Positions 1 to 8,872 of a stretch of DNA of 64,000 bases are shown here, piece by piece. The DNA is taken from positions 4,693 to 68,692 of the forward strand of contig JBFMAL010000008.1 of the NCBI GenBank assembly GCA_040755615.1, read 5' to 3'. Made by a program: the position numbers and the translations under genes. Position 1 is the first letter of the stretch; each line of letters opens with the position of its first letter. The notes beneath the pieces were generated by a model. That model ran no database searches. It was not told the DNA's origin and worked only from the letters and a program-made list of their open reading frames with translations. The DNA is from Bacillota bacterium (GTDB lineage: Bacteria; Bacillota; Sulfobacillia; DUSP01; DYEP01).

Positions 1-2
1 CC

Positions 3-1148
3 ATGGAAGTGCTGGCATCCGAAAACAGCTGGAGCGAAGTCTCGAGGGAAAGGCAGAGGATACTTGTCAATCACGGTATACGCTCCGTGCTGCTCAAAGC
101 ATACATCCTCGCCTCCGTCATCGTACTGTCCGCCGGCGCATACTCCCTGTACTTCAAGCGCAGGTGGCTCAACCGCCTGGGTCCCACCCTGGTTTCGCTG
201 GCGCTGGTACCGCTATTTATGCTTGTCGCCGGTGCTCTGCGCATCGGTTCCCCCGCAGCCGCGCTGGCCATGTCGTTTGGCATGGCTGTCCTTGTGGCCT
301 GGGCCACATCTCTGGTAGTGCGCGGCCGATGGGTCGAGTGCTTTTTTGTGGTGGGCGGTCTCACCCAGACGGTGCTGATACTTCAGGTGTTATCGGGGGG
401 GCACTTGCTCGGAGATACGCCGCTTGGGTATTCAACCATCGGCGCGGCGCGGTTTTATGGTATAGGAAACGAGTACATGGGCGTGTTGCTCGGCGGCACA
501 ATTGTGGCCGTATCCACGGCTAGAGATCTGTTTGGCCGTTGGGGGCCAGTGCGTTGGCTGACTGCAGCACAGATGGCCATGACCGTGCTGGTAACGGGGA
601 TGCCAGGGCTCGGCGCCAACTTCGGGGGCGGCCTGAGCGCTGCCATTGCCTGGGGGTACCTTGAGACAAGACACGCGAAAAAGCGGATCGGTATCCACGC
701 CGCGCTGGCGCTTTGTGCGGCGCTTGGCTTGTCGGTGGCGGTACTAATGGTACTTCTTGACTTCTACGAAGGTACCCAGACGATGTCGCACATTGGTGGT
801 TCTATGATTACGCTGTTCTTGAAGGGGCCGGCGGTGGCGCTTCAGACCATCGCAAGGAAGATTGACATGAACATCAGGCTGATCAGGTACACGCTGTGGA
901 CAAGGGCACTACTCACCGCCGTGGGGTCATATGCCCTGCTTGTACACAGACCTGCTGGTATCTACAGGGCAGTCGCTGCGAAATACCATTATACGGCTTC
1001 AGGACTCGCAGGTGTGGCAGTGGCAGCCTTTGCGTCATTCGTTCTTAACGATTCGGGAGTGGTTGCGGCAGCCACAACCATGATCATAGGCTCCGCGGCA
1101 GCCATCACTTTAAGCCTCAAAGAGTGGGAAGAGCAAGCAGTTTCTTGA
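3..1148 (+). CDS. Polytopic integral membrane protein of unknown function; the ORF runs to the window edge, so the N-terminus may be truncated
   Basis: 381-aa ORF with many hydrophobic helices (e.g. LVSLALVPLFMLVAGAL, MAMTVLVTGMPGLGANFGG). It starts at nt 3 with no upstream context. I do not recognise a family. Confidence 0.5.
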   Translation: MEVLASENSWSEVSRERQRILVNHGIRSVLLKAYILASVIVLSAGAYSLYFKRRWLNRLGPTLVSLALVPLFMLVAGALRIGSPAAALAMSFGMAVLVAWATSLVVRGRWVECFFVVGGLTQTVLILQVLSGGHLLGDTPLGYSTIGAARFYGIGNEYMGVLLGGTIVAVSTARDLFGRWGPVRWLTAAQMAMTVLVTGMPGLGANFGGGLSAAIAWGYLETRHAKKRIGIHAALALCAALGLSVAVLMVLLDFYEGTQTMSHIGGSMITLFLKGPAVALQTIARKIDMNIRLIRYTLWTRALLTAVGSYALLVHRPAGIYRAVAAKYHYTASGLAGVAVAAFASFVLNDSGVVAAATTMIIGSAAAITLSLKEWEEQAVS

Positions 1149-1168
1149 TTGACGAAATCCGTTTTTCC

Positions 1169-1196
1169 TTGACAACAGGCCGGAATCTGTTACAAT
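1169..1196 (+). promoter_or_regulatory. Sigma-A-type promoter upstream of speH (-35 TTGACA, 16-nt spacer, -10 TACAAT)
   Basis: TTGACA at 1169-1174 and TACAAT at 1191-1196. A GGGGG Shine-Dalgarno sequence follows before the ATG at 1268. Confidence 0.5.
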
Positions 1197-1267
1197 TTTA
1201 TTGTCCCAGATGAAGTCGAAAGGGAGGTCGTGAGACCGCAAAAACATAAAAGGGGGTTGATAATGAA

Positions 1268-1648
1268 ATGAACAGCGCTTTGGGCCGTCATGTGCTCGCA
1301 GAGGTTTACGGGTGCAAACCGCACGTACTGGACAATGTCGAGTCTGTCGAAAAGATCATGATAGACGCAGCGCTGGCAGCTGGGGCGGAAATAAGGGAAG
1401 TCGCATTTCACAAATTCAGCCCTCAGGGTGTAAGCGGAGTAGTGGTAATATCTGAATCCCATCTTGCGGTACACACATGGCCGGAGCTGGGGTACGCGGC
1501 AGTGGATGTTTTCACGTGCGGCGAGAAGGTAGACCCCTGGGTAGCATGCAATCACATCGTGAAGGAGTTTGACGCTACCAACGTGACGGCTTCGGAGATG
1601 AAGAGAGGCATCATGCAACCCCAGGCAAAGACTGCGCTGGCAGGATAA
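1268..1648 (+). CDS. speH: S-adenosylmethionine decarboxylase proenzyme, class 1B (pyruvoyl-dependent)
   Basis: 126 aa. Carries the diagnostic self-processing motif VVISESHLAVHTWPE (Ser to pyruvoyl) typical of bacterial and archaeal SpeH/SpeD. Confidence 0.9.
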   Translation: MNSALGRHVLAEVYGCKPHVLDNVESVEKIMIDAALAAGAEIREVAFHKFSPQGVSGVVVISESHLAVHTWPELGYAAVDVFTCGEKVDPWVACNHIVKEFDATNVTASEMKRGIMQPQAKTALAG

Positions 1649-1710
1649 TCCAAACGGAGGGTGATTTTTATCAGTCGACAGAAAACCAAAAAGGAGAAGT
1701 CAGACACGTA

Positions 1711-1761
1711 AAGCCCTACGGTGAGCGTCTTTTAGGACTAAACCGTAGGGCTTAAGTTTTT
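1711..1761 (+). terminator. Rho-independent terminator after speH
   Basis: Perfect 12-bp inverted repeat AAGCCCTACGGT (1711-1722) / ACCGTAGGGCTT (1742-1753) with a 19-nt loop, followed by AAGTTTTT. Confidence 0.7.
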
Positions 1762-1828
1762 GGCAAAGAAGGGATCTTTAGGATTTGGGAGAAGAGATAT
1801 TTCTGTCTAGATCAAAAGGAGTGATACT

Positions 1829-2896
1829 GTGGACGAGTTGCTGAGTATGCTGAAGGAACTTACCGAGTGTTCGGGAGTCCCGGGACATGAGGCAGAGGTA
1901 CGCCAGGTGATCAGAAAACACGTGGCTCCGTACGCAGAGATTACCCAGGACAGGCTGGGCAGCATCATTTGCATGAAGAAGGGCGCGTCAGAAGAGCCCA
2001 GGATCATGCTCGCGGGGCACATGGACGAGATCGGTTTTATGGTCACCCACATCTCCAAAGAAGGCTACCTCAAATTCCAGCAGCTGGGCGGCTGGTGGGA
2101 CCAGGTGCTCATGTCCCAGCGGGTAGTCGTGAAGACCAAGAAAGGTGATGTGCTTGGGGTCATAGGGTCAAAACCGCCTCACCTGATGGACGCTGAAGAG
2201 CGGCGCAAGCTTGTAGAGAAGAAGGACATGTACATCGATGTGGGCGCATCCAGCAGGGAAGAGGCCCAGCAGTTTGGAATACGCCCGGGCGATCCCGTGA
2301 TACCGGCGAGCAACTTCAGCGTGATGACCAATCCAAAGTACCTGCTAGCGAAAGCATGGGATGACAGGGTTGGGTGCGCACTTTTCATCGAGGTGATAAA
2401 GAGACTTGGCCAGGATCATCCAAATACAGTGTATGGCGTGGGATCGGTCCAGGAGGAGGTGGGCCTTCGGGGGGCAGTGACCAGTTCTTTCGTGGTGCAG
2501 CCTCACGTCGGTTTTGCGCTTGAGGTCTCAATCGCCAACGACACTCCTGGAGTCGGCGAGCACGAGGGACAGGGCAAACTCGGGGGAGGTCCAGCGATCG
2601 TGGTATACGATGCCAGTCTGGTACCTAACGCGCGACTGAGGGACCTGGTGATTGACACGGCGCAGGAAGAGGGCATCAGCGTCCAGTTCGGCAGCCTGTC
2701 AGGCGGGGGAACCGACGCGGGCCGGATCCATCTTACCTCAGCGGGAGTACCGAGTCTCGTCATCGGAGTGCCCACAAGATACATTCACTCACACCAGGGG
2801 ATAATACACTTGGACGATTTCGAGAATACCGTGCGGCTGATGGTGGCTACAATAAATAAGCTTGATAGAAAGACCGTGGAATGGCTGGTGGAGTAG
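1829..2896 (+). CDS. M42 family metallopeptidase (glutamyl aminopeptidase / FrvX / YsdC-like)
   Basis: 355 aa. N-terminal LLxxLxxxxGVSGxE and HMDEIGFMV motifs plus overall M42 architecture. GTG start at 1829 preceded by AAAGGAG. Confidence 0.85.
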   Translation: MDELLSMLKELTECSGVPGHEAEVRQVIRKHVAPYAEITQDRLGSIICMKKGASEEPRIMLAGHMDEIGFMVTHISKEGYLKFQQLGGWWDQVLMSQRVVVKTKKGDVLGVIGSKPPHLMDAEERRKLVEKKDMYIDVGASSREEAQQFGIRPGDPVIPASNFSVMTNPKYLLAKAWDDRVGCALFIEVIKRLGQDHPNTVYGVGSVQEEVGLRGAVTSSFVVQPHVGFALEVSIANDTPGVGEHEGQGKLGGGPAIVVYDASLVPNARLRDLVIDTAQEEGISVQFGSLSGGGTDAGRIHLTSAGVPSLVIGVPTRYIHSHQGIIHLDDFENTVRLMVATINKLDRKTVEWLVE

Positions 2897-2900
2897 ATTG

Positions 2901-3347
2901 ATGGAGAAAAGCTTTGTAATGATAAAGCCCGACGGAGTACAGCGGGGACTGGTGGGGGAAATTATCGGCCGTCTTGAGCGCTGCGGCCTGAAACTGCACG
3001 CGCTCAGGCTCCTTCAAATCGACCGCCAGCTGGCCGCGGAGCACTACAGACAGCACGAAGGCAAGGCCTTTTACGAGCCGCTGCTTTCGTATATAACATC
3101 AGGCCCCGTTGTGGCGATGGTATGGGGCGGCCCTCGGGCGGTTGCGCTTGTCAGAAAGCTCACCGGAGCCACCGATCCACAAAAGGCGGAACCGGGTACT
3201 ATACGCGGGGACCTGGCGCTCGATATAGGCAAGAACATCATTCACGCATCAGATTCAGTGGAAGCCGCAGAGCGAGAGATCTCTCTGTTCTTCAACAAAG
3301 ACGAAGTGCTGGAACACGACAGAGCCGTTGACCCCTGGGTATACTGA
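2901..3347 (+). CDS. ndk: Nucleoside diphosphate kinase
   Basis: MEKSFVMIKPDGVQRGLVGEIIGRLE...NIIHASDS active-site region. ATG at 2901 preceded by GGTGGAG. The upstream in-frame extension from 2862 is an ORF-finder artefact. Confidence 0.9.
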   Translation: MEKSFVMIKPDGVQRGLVGEIIGRLERCGLKLHALRLLQIDRQLAAEHYRQHEGKAFYEPLLSYITSGPVVAMVWGGPRAVALVRKLTGATDPQKAEPGTIRGDLALDIGKNIIHASDSVEAAEREISLFFNKDEVLEHDRAVDPWVY

Positions 3348-3363
3348 CAGAGCGTTTGCCTCG

Positions 3364-3406
3364 GCAGGCGCCCGCTTGATGCCGGCGTCTGCTTCTCGTT
3401 TGTTTG
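3364..3406 (+). terminator. Probable intrinsic terminator after ndk
   Basis: 9-bp stem GCAGGCGCC (3364-3372) / GGCGTCTGC (3384-3392) with one G-U pair and an 11-nt loop, then a TTCTCGTTTGTTTG tract. Confidence 0.5.
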
Positions 3407-3469
3407 AAAGCATGCGCAGGGGCCGTAAAGTATCAACATGAAGTGCATGCGAAGGCAGGAGGACCAGGG

Positions 3470-4276
3470 ATGACAGTGCGTCTCCTCGGTGCTGCGATGG
3501 GACTGGCGGTGGCGCTGCTTGTGTACGCTGCTTTCATCGAGCCAAACTGGCTTCGGGTGGTCAGTTTAAACCTTCCTGTTCAAGGGCTCGGCCGTGCATT
3601 TGACGGGTTCCGGTTGGTGTTCCTGTCAGACCTTCACGGCCGGGCATCTGTGGCGGGAAGGCCCATCTCTGAGCTGGTTTCTTCGCTGCGGCCCGACCTC
3701 GTGGTAATCGGTGGAGACGTCGTTGCAAGACGCACCGGAGGAGTGGCACCCCGCTGGCTGTCGCTTCTTGCGTCGGAGGTACCAACGGTCGCGGTACCGG
3801 GAAACCATGACCATCGCCACGGGGATGCTCTAGCTGGTCTTTCCCGGACCGTCAGGGTACTGAAAAACACGTCCATGCGGCTTCAGAGGAACGGCTCCTC
3901 CCTCTGGCTGGTGGGGTGCGACGACGAAAAGTCGGGAATGGCAGACCCCGCCGCCGCTCTCGGCGGAACCGGCCGTCCGGTTATCCTCATTTCCCACTCA
4001 CCTGACGTGGTACTTCATCCGTCCGTGCAGGCCGTCAGCGCGGTGCTCGCGGGGCACACACACGGTGGCCAGGTATGCCTGCCGTTTTTCGGCCCGGTGT
4101 TGACCAACAGCGTGCTGCCAAGGCGTACCGCCCGGGGATGCAGCGTCGTGAGGGGGGTCAGGCTGGTTGTGACAGCAGGTATCGGTGCGAGTTATCTGCC
4201 CTTCAGGTTCTTGTGCCGGCCCGAGTTATGGCTTATCGTACTCCGGGCGGAGAGGAAAAGACCGGAGAGCCGGTGA
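3470..4276 (+). CDS. Calcineurin-like metallophosphoesterase (YkuE-like), with N-terminal TM/signal segment
   Basis: Motifs SDLHG, GGDVV, GNHDH and GHTHGGQV. ATG at 3470 follows a strong AGGAGG. The upstream extension from 3404 is unlikely. Confidence 0.8.
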   Translation: MTVRLLGAAMGLAVALLVYAAFIEPNWLRVVSLNLPVQGLGRAFDGFRLVFLSDLHGRASVAGRPISELVSSLRPDLVVIGGDVVARRTGGVAPRWLSLLASEVPTVAVPGNHDHRHGDALAGLSRTVRVLKNTSMRLQRNGSSLWLVGCDDEKSGMADPAAALGGTGRPVILISHSPDVVLHPSVQAVSAVLAGHTHGGQVCLPFFGPVLTNSVLPRRTARGCSVVRGVRLVVTAGIGASYLPFRFLCRPELWLIVLRAERKRPESR

Positions 4277-4326
4277 AGATACAATCAAGGCTGGAAAGAG
4301 TTGTGACTGATTTGGAGGCTGAAGCG

Positions 4327-5115
4327 ATGATACTGGTAGGAACGGCAGGATTTTCCTATGCTGACTGGCGGGGGGTGTTCTACCCCGAGGCAATAAAGGC
4401 AGGGGATATGCTCGCGTTTTACTGCAGGTACTTTCCATGCCTTGAGATAGACTTCACCTATTACCAGCTGCCTGCGAGAAAGACTATAGAGGGACTCCTC
4501 AGAAAAGCACCTGACGACTTCTCCTTCATCATAAAGGCGAACAGGAAGATGACTCATGAGATAGGCGATCCCTCTTCGGTGGAAGAGGCGTTTGGGGCGT
4601 TCACGTACGCGATACAGCCGCTCCTTGAAGCAGGGAAGCTTGGAGGAGTGCTCTACCAATTCCCATTTGCCTTCCGTCCAACCCCTGCTAACGTCAGCTA
4701 CCTGAAGGGACTGCAGGAGCGTATGCCCGGGGCTGCTGTGATAGTGGAGTACAGGAATGCTTCCTGGTACGCACCCTGGGTGTTCTCCATGATGAAGGAG
4801 GCGCAGCTTGCATTCTGCGCGGTTGACGAGCCGGAGATCAAAGGTCTGATGCCCCGCGTCGTTCAGGCGACTGCAACTCCCGGCTATGTGCGGTTTCACG
4901 GACGGAACAAGGAGAAATGGTACAACCACAAGAACGTTTCCGAGCGCTACGACTATCTTTACTCACGCGAGGAGCTCATGGAGTGGGTCGGCAGGATCAG
5001 GGAGCTGGACCGCGAAGTTGGTCTGACTTACGTCATATTCAACAACTGCCACCACGGCTCGGCTCCGAGGAACGCGCTGGATATGCAGTTGCTTCTGGAG
5101 GCTGGCACATCCTGA
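4327..5115 (+). CDS. DUF72 (UPF0759 / YecE-like) protein
   Basis: MILVGTAGFSYADWRGVFYP...YYQLP N-terminus is typical of DUF72. ATG at 4327 after TGGAGG. The ORF extension back to 4075 overlaps the previous gene and is rejected. Confidence 0.8.
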   Translation: MILVGTAGFSYADWRGVFYPEAIKAGDMLAFYCRYFPCLEIDFTYYQLPARKTIEGLLRKAPDDFSFIIKANRKMTHEIGDPSSVEEAFGAFTYAIQPLLEAGKLGGVLYQFPFAFRPTPANVSYLKGLQERMPGAAVIVEYRNASWYAPWVFSMMKEAQLAFCAVDEPEIKGLMPRVVQATATPGYVRFHGRNKEKWYNHKNVSERYDYLYSREELMEWVGRIRELDREVGLTYVIFNNCHHGSAPRNALDMQLLLEAGTS

Positions 5116-5529
5116 AGAGATTGCTCTGATAGGTCTTTTACTCCCTGCAGCGGGGTGTAACACGGCACCCCGGCGCGCTGGAGGAAATGGTACCCGAGGC
5201 GCTCTCGCTTGGTTAGGTACCGATAGATTGATTTCAGTACGGACGAAGGAAGACACCCACAACGTGGTTGATACCTCGGCGTTCGCCCTCACGCTTTGCG
5301 GCGGGGAGGCGGCTGATAAGACCTGTGCGGAAGGGAACTGCCGTGGTGTCCACACGGCGCCTTCGACCTCGAACATGGTGAAGACCTTTACTCCCGGCTA
5401 CATGGCATGTATGATTGTGATGTGGAGGAGATACACTCCCGTCATCGTTCTTTCTGATCTGCGCGGGCTACTCTCTGCGCAAGCATCACAACTTATGTCT
5501 TTGAGGGAAAGGCGGAAAATCACGCGACG
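5116..5529 (+). promoter_or_regulatory. Unusually long (414 nt), GC-rich, structured non-coding leader upstream of the MFS-mtnP-ahcY-mtaD-HAD operon; candidate cis-regulatory RNA
   Basis: No credible ORF on either strand; the only frames overlap flanking genes. Several hairpins: CGGGGTG/CACCCCG at about 5149-5172, GCCGTG/CACGGC near 5335, and a long-range CCGAGGCG / CCTCGGCG pairing near 5195 and 5280. An UGGUACC core resembles a T-box. The family assignment is unresolved. Confidence 0.3.
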
Positions 5530-6816
5530 ATGTCCAATCGGATGGCAGGCAGCGAGCTCCCAGGCACGGTCGCCAGACGAAACTACTACCTCCTCATACT
5601 GGACGGCATTTTCTTCTACATCGGTCAGGCGTTCTGGGAACCGACCTCAGTGGTCCCGGCCTTTGTGGCGGCTGTCACGGGCTCGGAGCTGATGGTAGGT
5701 CTTGTGAGCACGGTGAGGTACGGCCTGTGGCTCGGACCACAATTGCTTGTCGCGCATTATGTTGAGAGACTCCCGTATAAAAAGGGCGTGGCGCTGGCCG
5801 CGGTGGCTGTGAACAGGCTAGCGATCCTTTTGATCGCGGTATCCACTTACGTACTCTGGCCCAACACGCAGCTTCTCACAGTTGTATTCTTCGCTCTTTA
5901 CATCATCGTCTGGCTTGGGGAAGGGATCACTTCTGTCCCTTGGACCGACATACTGGGCAGAGCGACCGACCCCCGCCGGCGCGGCGCGCTCATCGGTACC
6001 ATGCAGTGTATCGGCGGCCTCGGGGCGTTTGCTTCAGGGATGATCGTTGCGCGCATCCTGTCAAGCGACGCACTGGTGTTTCCGAACAACTATGCGCTAC
6101 TGTTTCTGATCGCTGCCATCATCACGAGCTTCTGTGCGGTTGCATTTTTCTTCGTGGTCGAGCCTCCGAGCAGGGCGTTGAAACGGCGGGAACCGATGAT
6201 GACGTACGTGCGGAGCGTACCCGGCCTCCTGACCGGAAACGCCCTGTACAGGGATGCGGTGATCACCCGAGTCATGGGAGCATCCATCTTTTTGTCCATG
6301 CCTTTTTATGCGGTGCACGCGAGAAACCTTGGCGTCTCAGCAGCGTACCTCGGTGCGTTCGTATCTGCGCAGATGCTAGGCAGCACTGTAGGGGGTCCCA
6401 TCCTGGGCAGAATAAGCGATACGAAAGGTAACAGACTGGTGATCCTTATTACGTTGAGCTGCACGATGCTCGCGCCCGTCCTTTGCCTGCTCGCGACCTT
6501 CATTGGCGGGCCCTTACGGGTGGTGCTGTTTCTGTTCGTCTTTGCCTGCCTCGGCATTTTCGGGTCAGGCTCCTGGATGGGTTTTGTGAACTACATCATT
6601 GACTGCACCCCTGAGGACCGGCGACCCACTTACCTTGGAGCGGTCAACACAATTATTGCGCCGACCACGTTGCTGCCCGTTGTGGGAGGCGTTATCGTAC
6701 GCCGGTTTGGCTATGTATCGCTGTTTGCTATAACCGCTGCGCTTTTGTTTGCCGCAGTCCTCTGGGGTAGAAGGCTCAAAGAACCAAGGCATATCGAAAG
6801 GGGGATCCCCATATGA
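5530..6816 (+). CDS. MFS transporter (12-TM major facilitator)
   Basis: 428 aa of alternating hydrophobic helices with an MFS-like DGIFFYIGQAFWEP loop. The stop overlaps the mtnP start (ATGA). Confidence 0.8.
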   Translation: MSNRMAGSELPGTVARRNYYLLILDGIFFYIGQAFWEPTSVVPAFVAAVTGSELMVGLVSTVRYGLWLGPQLLVAHYVERLPYKKGVALAAVAVNRLAILLIAVSTYVLWPNTQLLTVVFFALYIIVWLGEGITSVPWTDILGRATDPRRRGALIGTMQCIGGLGAFASGMIVARILSSDALVFPNNYALLFLIAAIITSFCAVAFFFVVEPPSRALKRREPMMTYVRSVPGLLTGNALYRDAVITRVMGASIFLSMPFYAVHARNLGVSAAYLGAFVSAQMLGSTVGGPILGRISDTKGNRLVILITLSCTMLAPVLCLLATFIGGPLRVVLFLFVFACLGIFGSGSWMGFVNYIIDCTPEDRRPTYLGAVNTIIAPTTLLPVVGGVIVRRFGYVSLFAITAALLFAAVLWGRRLKEPRHIERGIPI

Positions 6817-7613
6817 TCGCGATAATCGGCGGAACGGGTGTCTATGACGCCAGGCTGCTTGACGACGTCAGGGAGCGCGTGATCAAGACCCCGTTTGGCG
6901 AAACGCGCGTAAAGACAGGCGTGTACCACGGCAAGGAATGCGCGTTTCTCGCCCGACATGGCTATGCACACACAGTCCCACCGCACTTGGTCAACTACCG
7001 TGCGAATATCTGGGCGCTGGCAAGTCTTGATGTGGAAGCGGTGTTTGCCACTGCTGCGGTGGGTTCGCTCAACCTGGACATGCCTCCAGGCTGCTTCGTC
7101 GTGGTCGACCAGTTCATAGACATGACATCGGGCAGACCCTCCACCTTCTTCGAAGGGGGCGAAACGGGCGTAGTCCATACGGACTTCACCGAGCCGTACT
7201 GCCCCTCGCTACGCGCGCTCTTGGCACGGAGCCTCGACGAACTCGGCATTCGGTACCACGAGGGGGGGACCTACGTATGCACTAATGGTCCACGATTTGA
7301 AACACCTGCGGAAATACGCGCGTACCGTATCCTGGGAGCAGATCTTGTAGGCATGACAAACGTGCCTGAAGTAGTACTGGCGCGGGAAGCGGGGCTATGC
7401 TATGGGCTTGTCGCCATGGTCACAAACTATGCGGCAGGCATTTCAACGGAACCCCTCACTCATGAGGAAGTGCTCGATGTAATGAACGAAAACCAGTCAG
7501 CGCTCCAAAGGCTTCTCGCCGAGTGCGTGAAGCATTTCCCGTCTGAAAAGGGGTGCATCTGCAGGCTTTCGGGCGTACATTTCCGAAATATCTGGCTTTG
7601 CGAAAGGAAGTGA
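6813..7613 (+). CDS. mtnP: S-methyl-5'-thioadenosine (or 5'-methylthioinosine) phosphorylase, PNP/MTAP family
   Basis: MIAIIGGTGVY...HGYAHTVPPHLVNYRANIWAL...TNGPRFETPAEIRAYRILGADLVGMTNVPEVVLAREAG are hallmark MTAP motifs. Confidence 0.85.
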   Translation: MIAIIGGTGVYDARLLDDVRERVIKTPFGETRVKTGVYHGKECAFLARHGYAHTVPPHLVNYRANIWALASLDVEAVFATAAVGSLNLDMPPGCFVVVDQFIDMTSGRPSTFFEGGETGVVHTDFTEPYCPSLRALLARSLDELGIRYHEGGTYVCTNGPRFETPAEIRAYRILGADLVGMTNVPEVVLAREAGLCYGLVAMVTNYAAGISTEPLTHEEVLDVMNENQSALQRLLAECVKHFPSEKGCICRLSGVHFRNIWLCERK

Positions 7614-8872
7614 AAGCGGTGAGCAGGATCAGAGAGGGAGTGGACCCCACCGCGGGGCTGATGAAGCTCGGATGGGCGAAGGCGCACATGCCGGTGCTGT
7701 CCATCCTCGGAGAAGAATTCGCCCGAGAGAAAGTGCTGGACGGGCTGACCGTAGGCATATGCCTCCACCTTGAAGCGAAGACCGCGTGCCTCGCGCTGGC
7801 GCTCCGGGACGCGGGCGCACAGGTGGGTATATGCGGCAGCAACCCACTGTCAACCCAGGATGACGTGGCTGCGGCCCTGGCTGCAAGCGGCGTTGAGGTG
7901 TTCGCGTGGCATAACCCTGACAGGGCCCAGTACCAGGCGTTCATTCACGATGTGCTTAATTTAGCGCCGGATATCGTCGTGGACGACGGGGGGGATCTGG
8001 TGAGCACCATCCACAGAGAGAGGCGTGAGCTTATAGGAAAGGTGATTGGCGGTTGCGAGGAGACCACCACCGGCCTTCGGCGCCTCCGGGCCATGGAAAA
8101 GCGGGGCGAGCTTGCATTTCCCATGGTCGCGGTGAATGACGCAAACACCAAGTTCCTGTTTGACAATAGATACGGCACCGGGCAATCCGTATGGGACGGC
8201 ATTATGCGCACCACAAACCTTGTGGTGGCGGGAAAAACTGTGGTGGTCGCAGGCTATGGTTGGTGCGGAAAGGGCGTGGCCAACAGGGCACGAGGTCTCG
8301 GGGCGCGTGTGATCATCACCGAGGTTGACCCTGTGAAAGCTGCCGAAGCTTACATGGAGGGTTTTCTCCCCATGCATTCTCTTGAGGCAGCGGAGGTGGG
8401 TGATATCTTCATCACCGTCACGGGCTGCGCGAACGTGTTCTCAGAACCACATTTCTCCCGGATGAAGAACGGTGCCCTGCTTGCCAACGCCGGGCATTTC
8501 AACGTGGAGATCGACCTTTCGTCCCTAGACCGCATTGCCGAGGCCCGGTGCCGGGTCAGGCCTAACGTCGACGAGTACACCCTGCCCGACGGCAGGCGGC
8601 TCTACGTGCTCGCCGAGGGGCGGCTGGTCAATCTTGCCTCAGGAGATGGCCACCCGGTAGAGATCATGGACCTGAGTTTTGCAGTTCAGATGTTGTCTGT
8701 CGCTTACCTGGCAACGGAAGGAAGGTACATGGCGCCGCGGGTGCTGCCTGTTCCCGAGTGGGTGGACCAACGCGTGGCTTCGGCTTTTCTGAAGGCGCGT
8801 TCGATCCGGATAGATACGCTAACCACGGAGCAGAAACAGTACTATGACAGTGCGGGAGGCGAGGATGAATGA
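7610..8872 (+). CDS. ahcY: Adenosylhomocysteinase-family hydrolase (SAH hydrolase, or possibly S-inosylhomocysteine hydrolase)
   Basis: 420 aa. ...ETTTGLRRL..., NDANTKFLFDNRYGTGQS, and NAD-binding VVVAGYGWCGKGVANRARGLGARVIITEVDP. GTG start at 7610 after AAGGAAG; it overlaps the mtnP stop. Confidence 0.9.
   Translation: MKAVSRIREGVDPTAGLMKLGWAKAHMPVLSILGEEFAREKVLDGLTVGICLHLEAKTACLALALRDAGAQVGICGSNPLSTQDDVAAALAASGVEVFAWHNPDRAQYQAFIHDVLNLAPDIVVDDGGDLVSTIHRERRELIGKVIGGCEETTTGLRRLRAMEKRGELAFPMVAVNDANTKFLFDNRYGTGQSVWDGIMRTTNLVVAGKTVVVAGYGWCGKGVANRARGLGARVIITEVDPVKAAEAYMEGFLPMHSLEAAEVGDIFITVTGCANVFSEPHFSRMKNGALLANAGHFNVEIDLSSLDRIAEARCRVRPNVDEYTLPDGRRLYVLAEGRLVNLASGDGHPVEIMDLSFAVQMLSVAYLATEGRYMAPRVLPVPEWVDQRVASAFLKARSIRIDTLTTEQKQYYDSAGGEDE

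Noticed and set aside
1190-1618. 142-aa minus-strand ORF overlapping speH
   Set aside because: Entirely antisense to a gene with a diagnostic AdoMetDC motif. No RBS and no recognisable family.
4075-4326. Long N-terminal extension of the DUF72 ORF overlapping the metallophosphoesterase gene
   Set aside because: The conserved DUF72 N-terminus (MILVGTAGF) starts at the internal ATG with a good RBS. The extension overlaps a supported gene.
5150-5420. SAM-I (S-box) riboswitch in the long leader
   Set aside because: No GGAGGGA / GGCCC / GCAACC core elements. Only a GATAAGA fragment was found. The element is kept as an unclassified candidate regulatory RNA.
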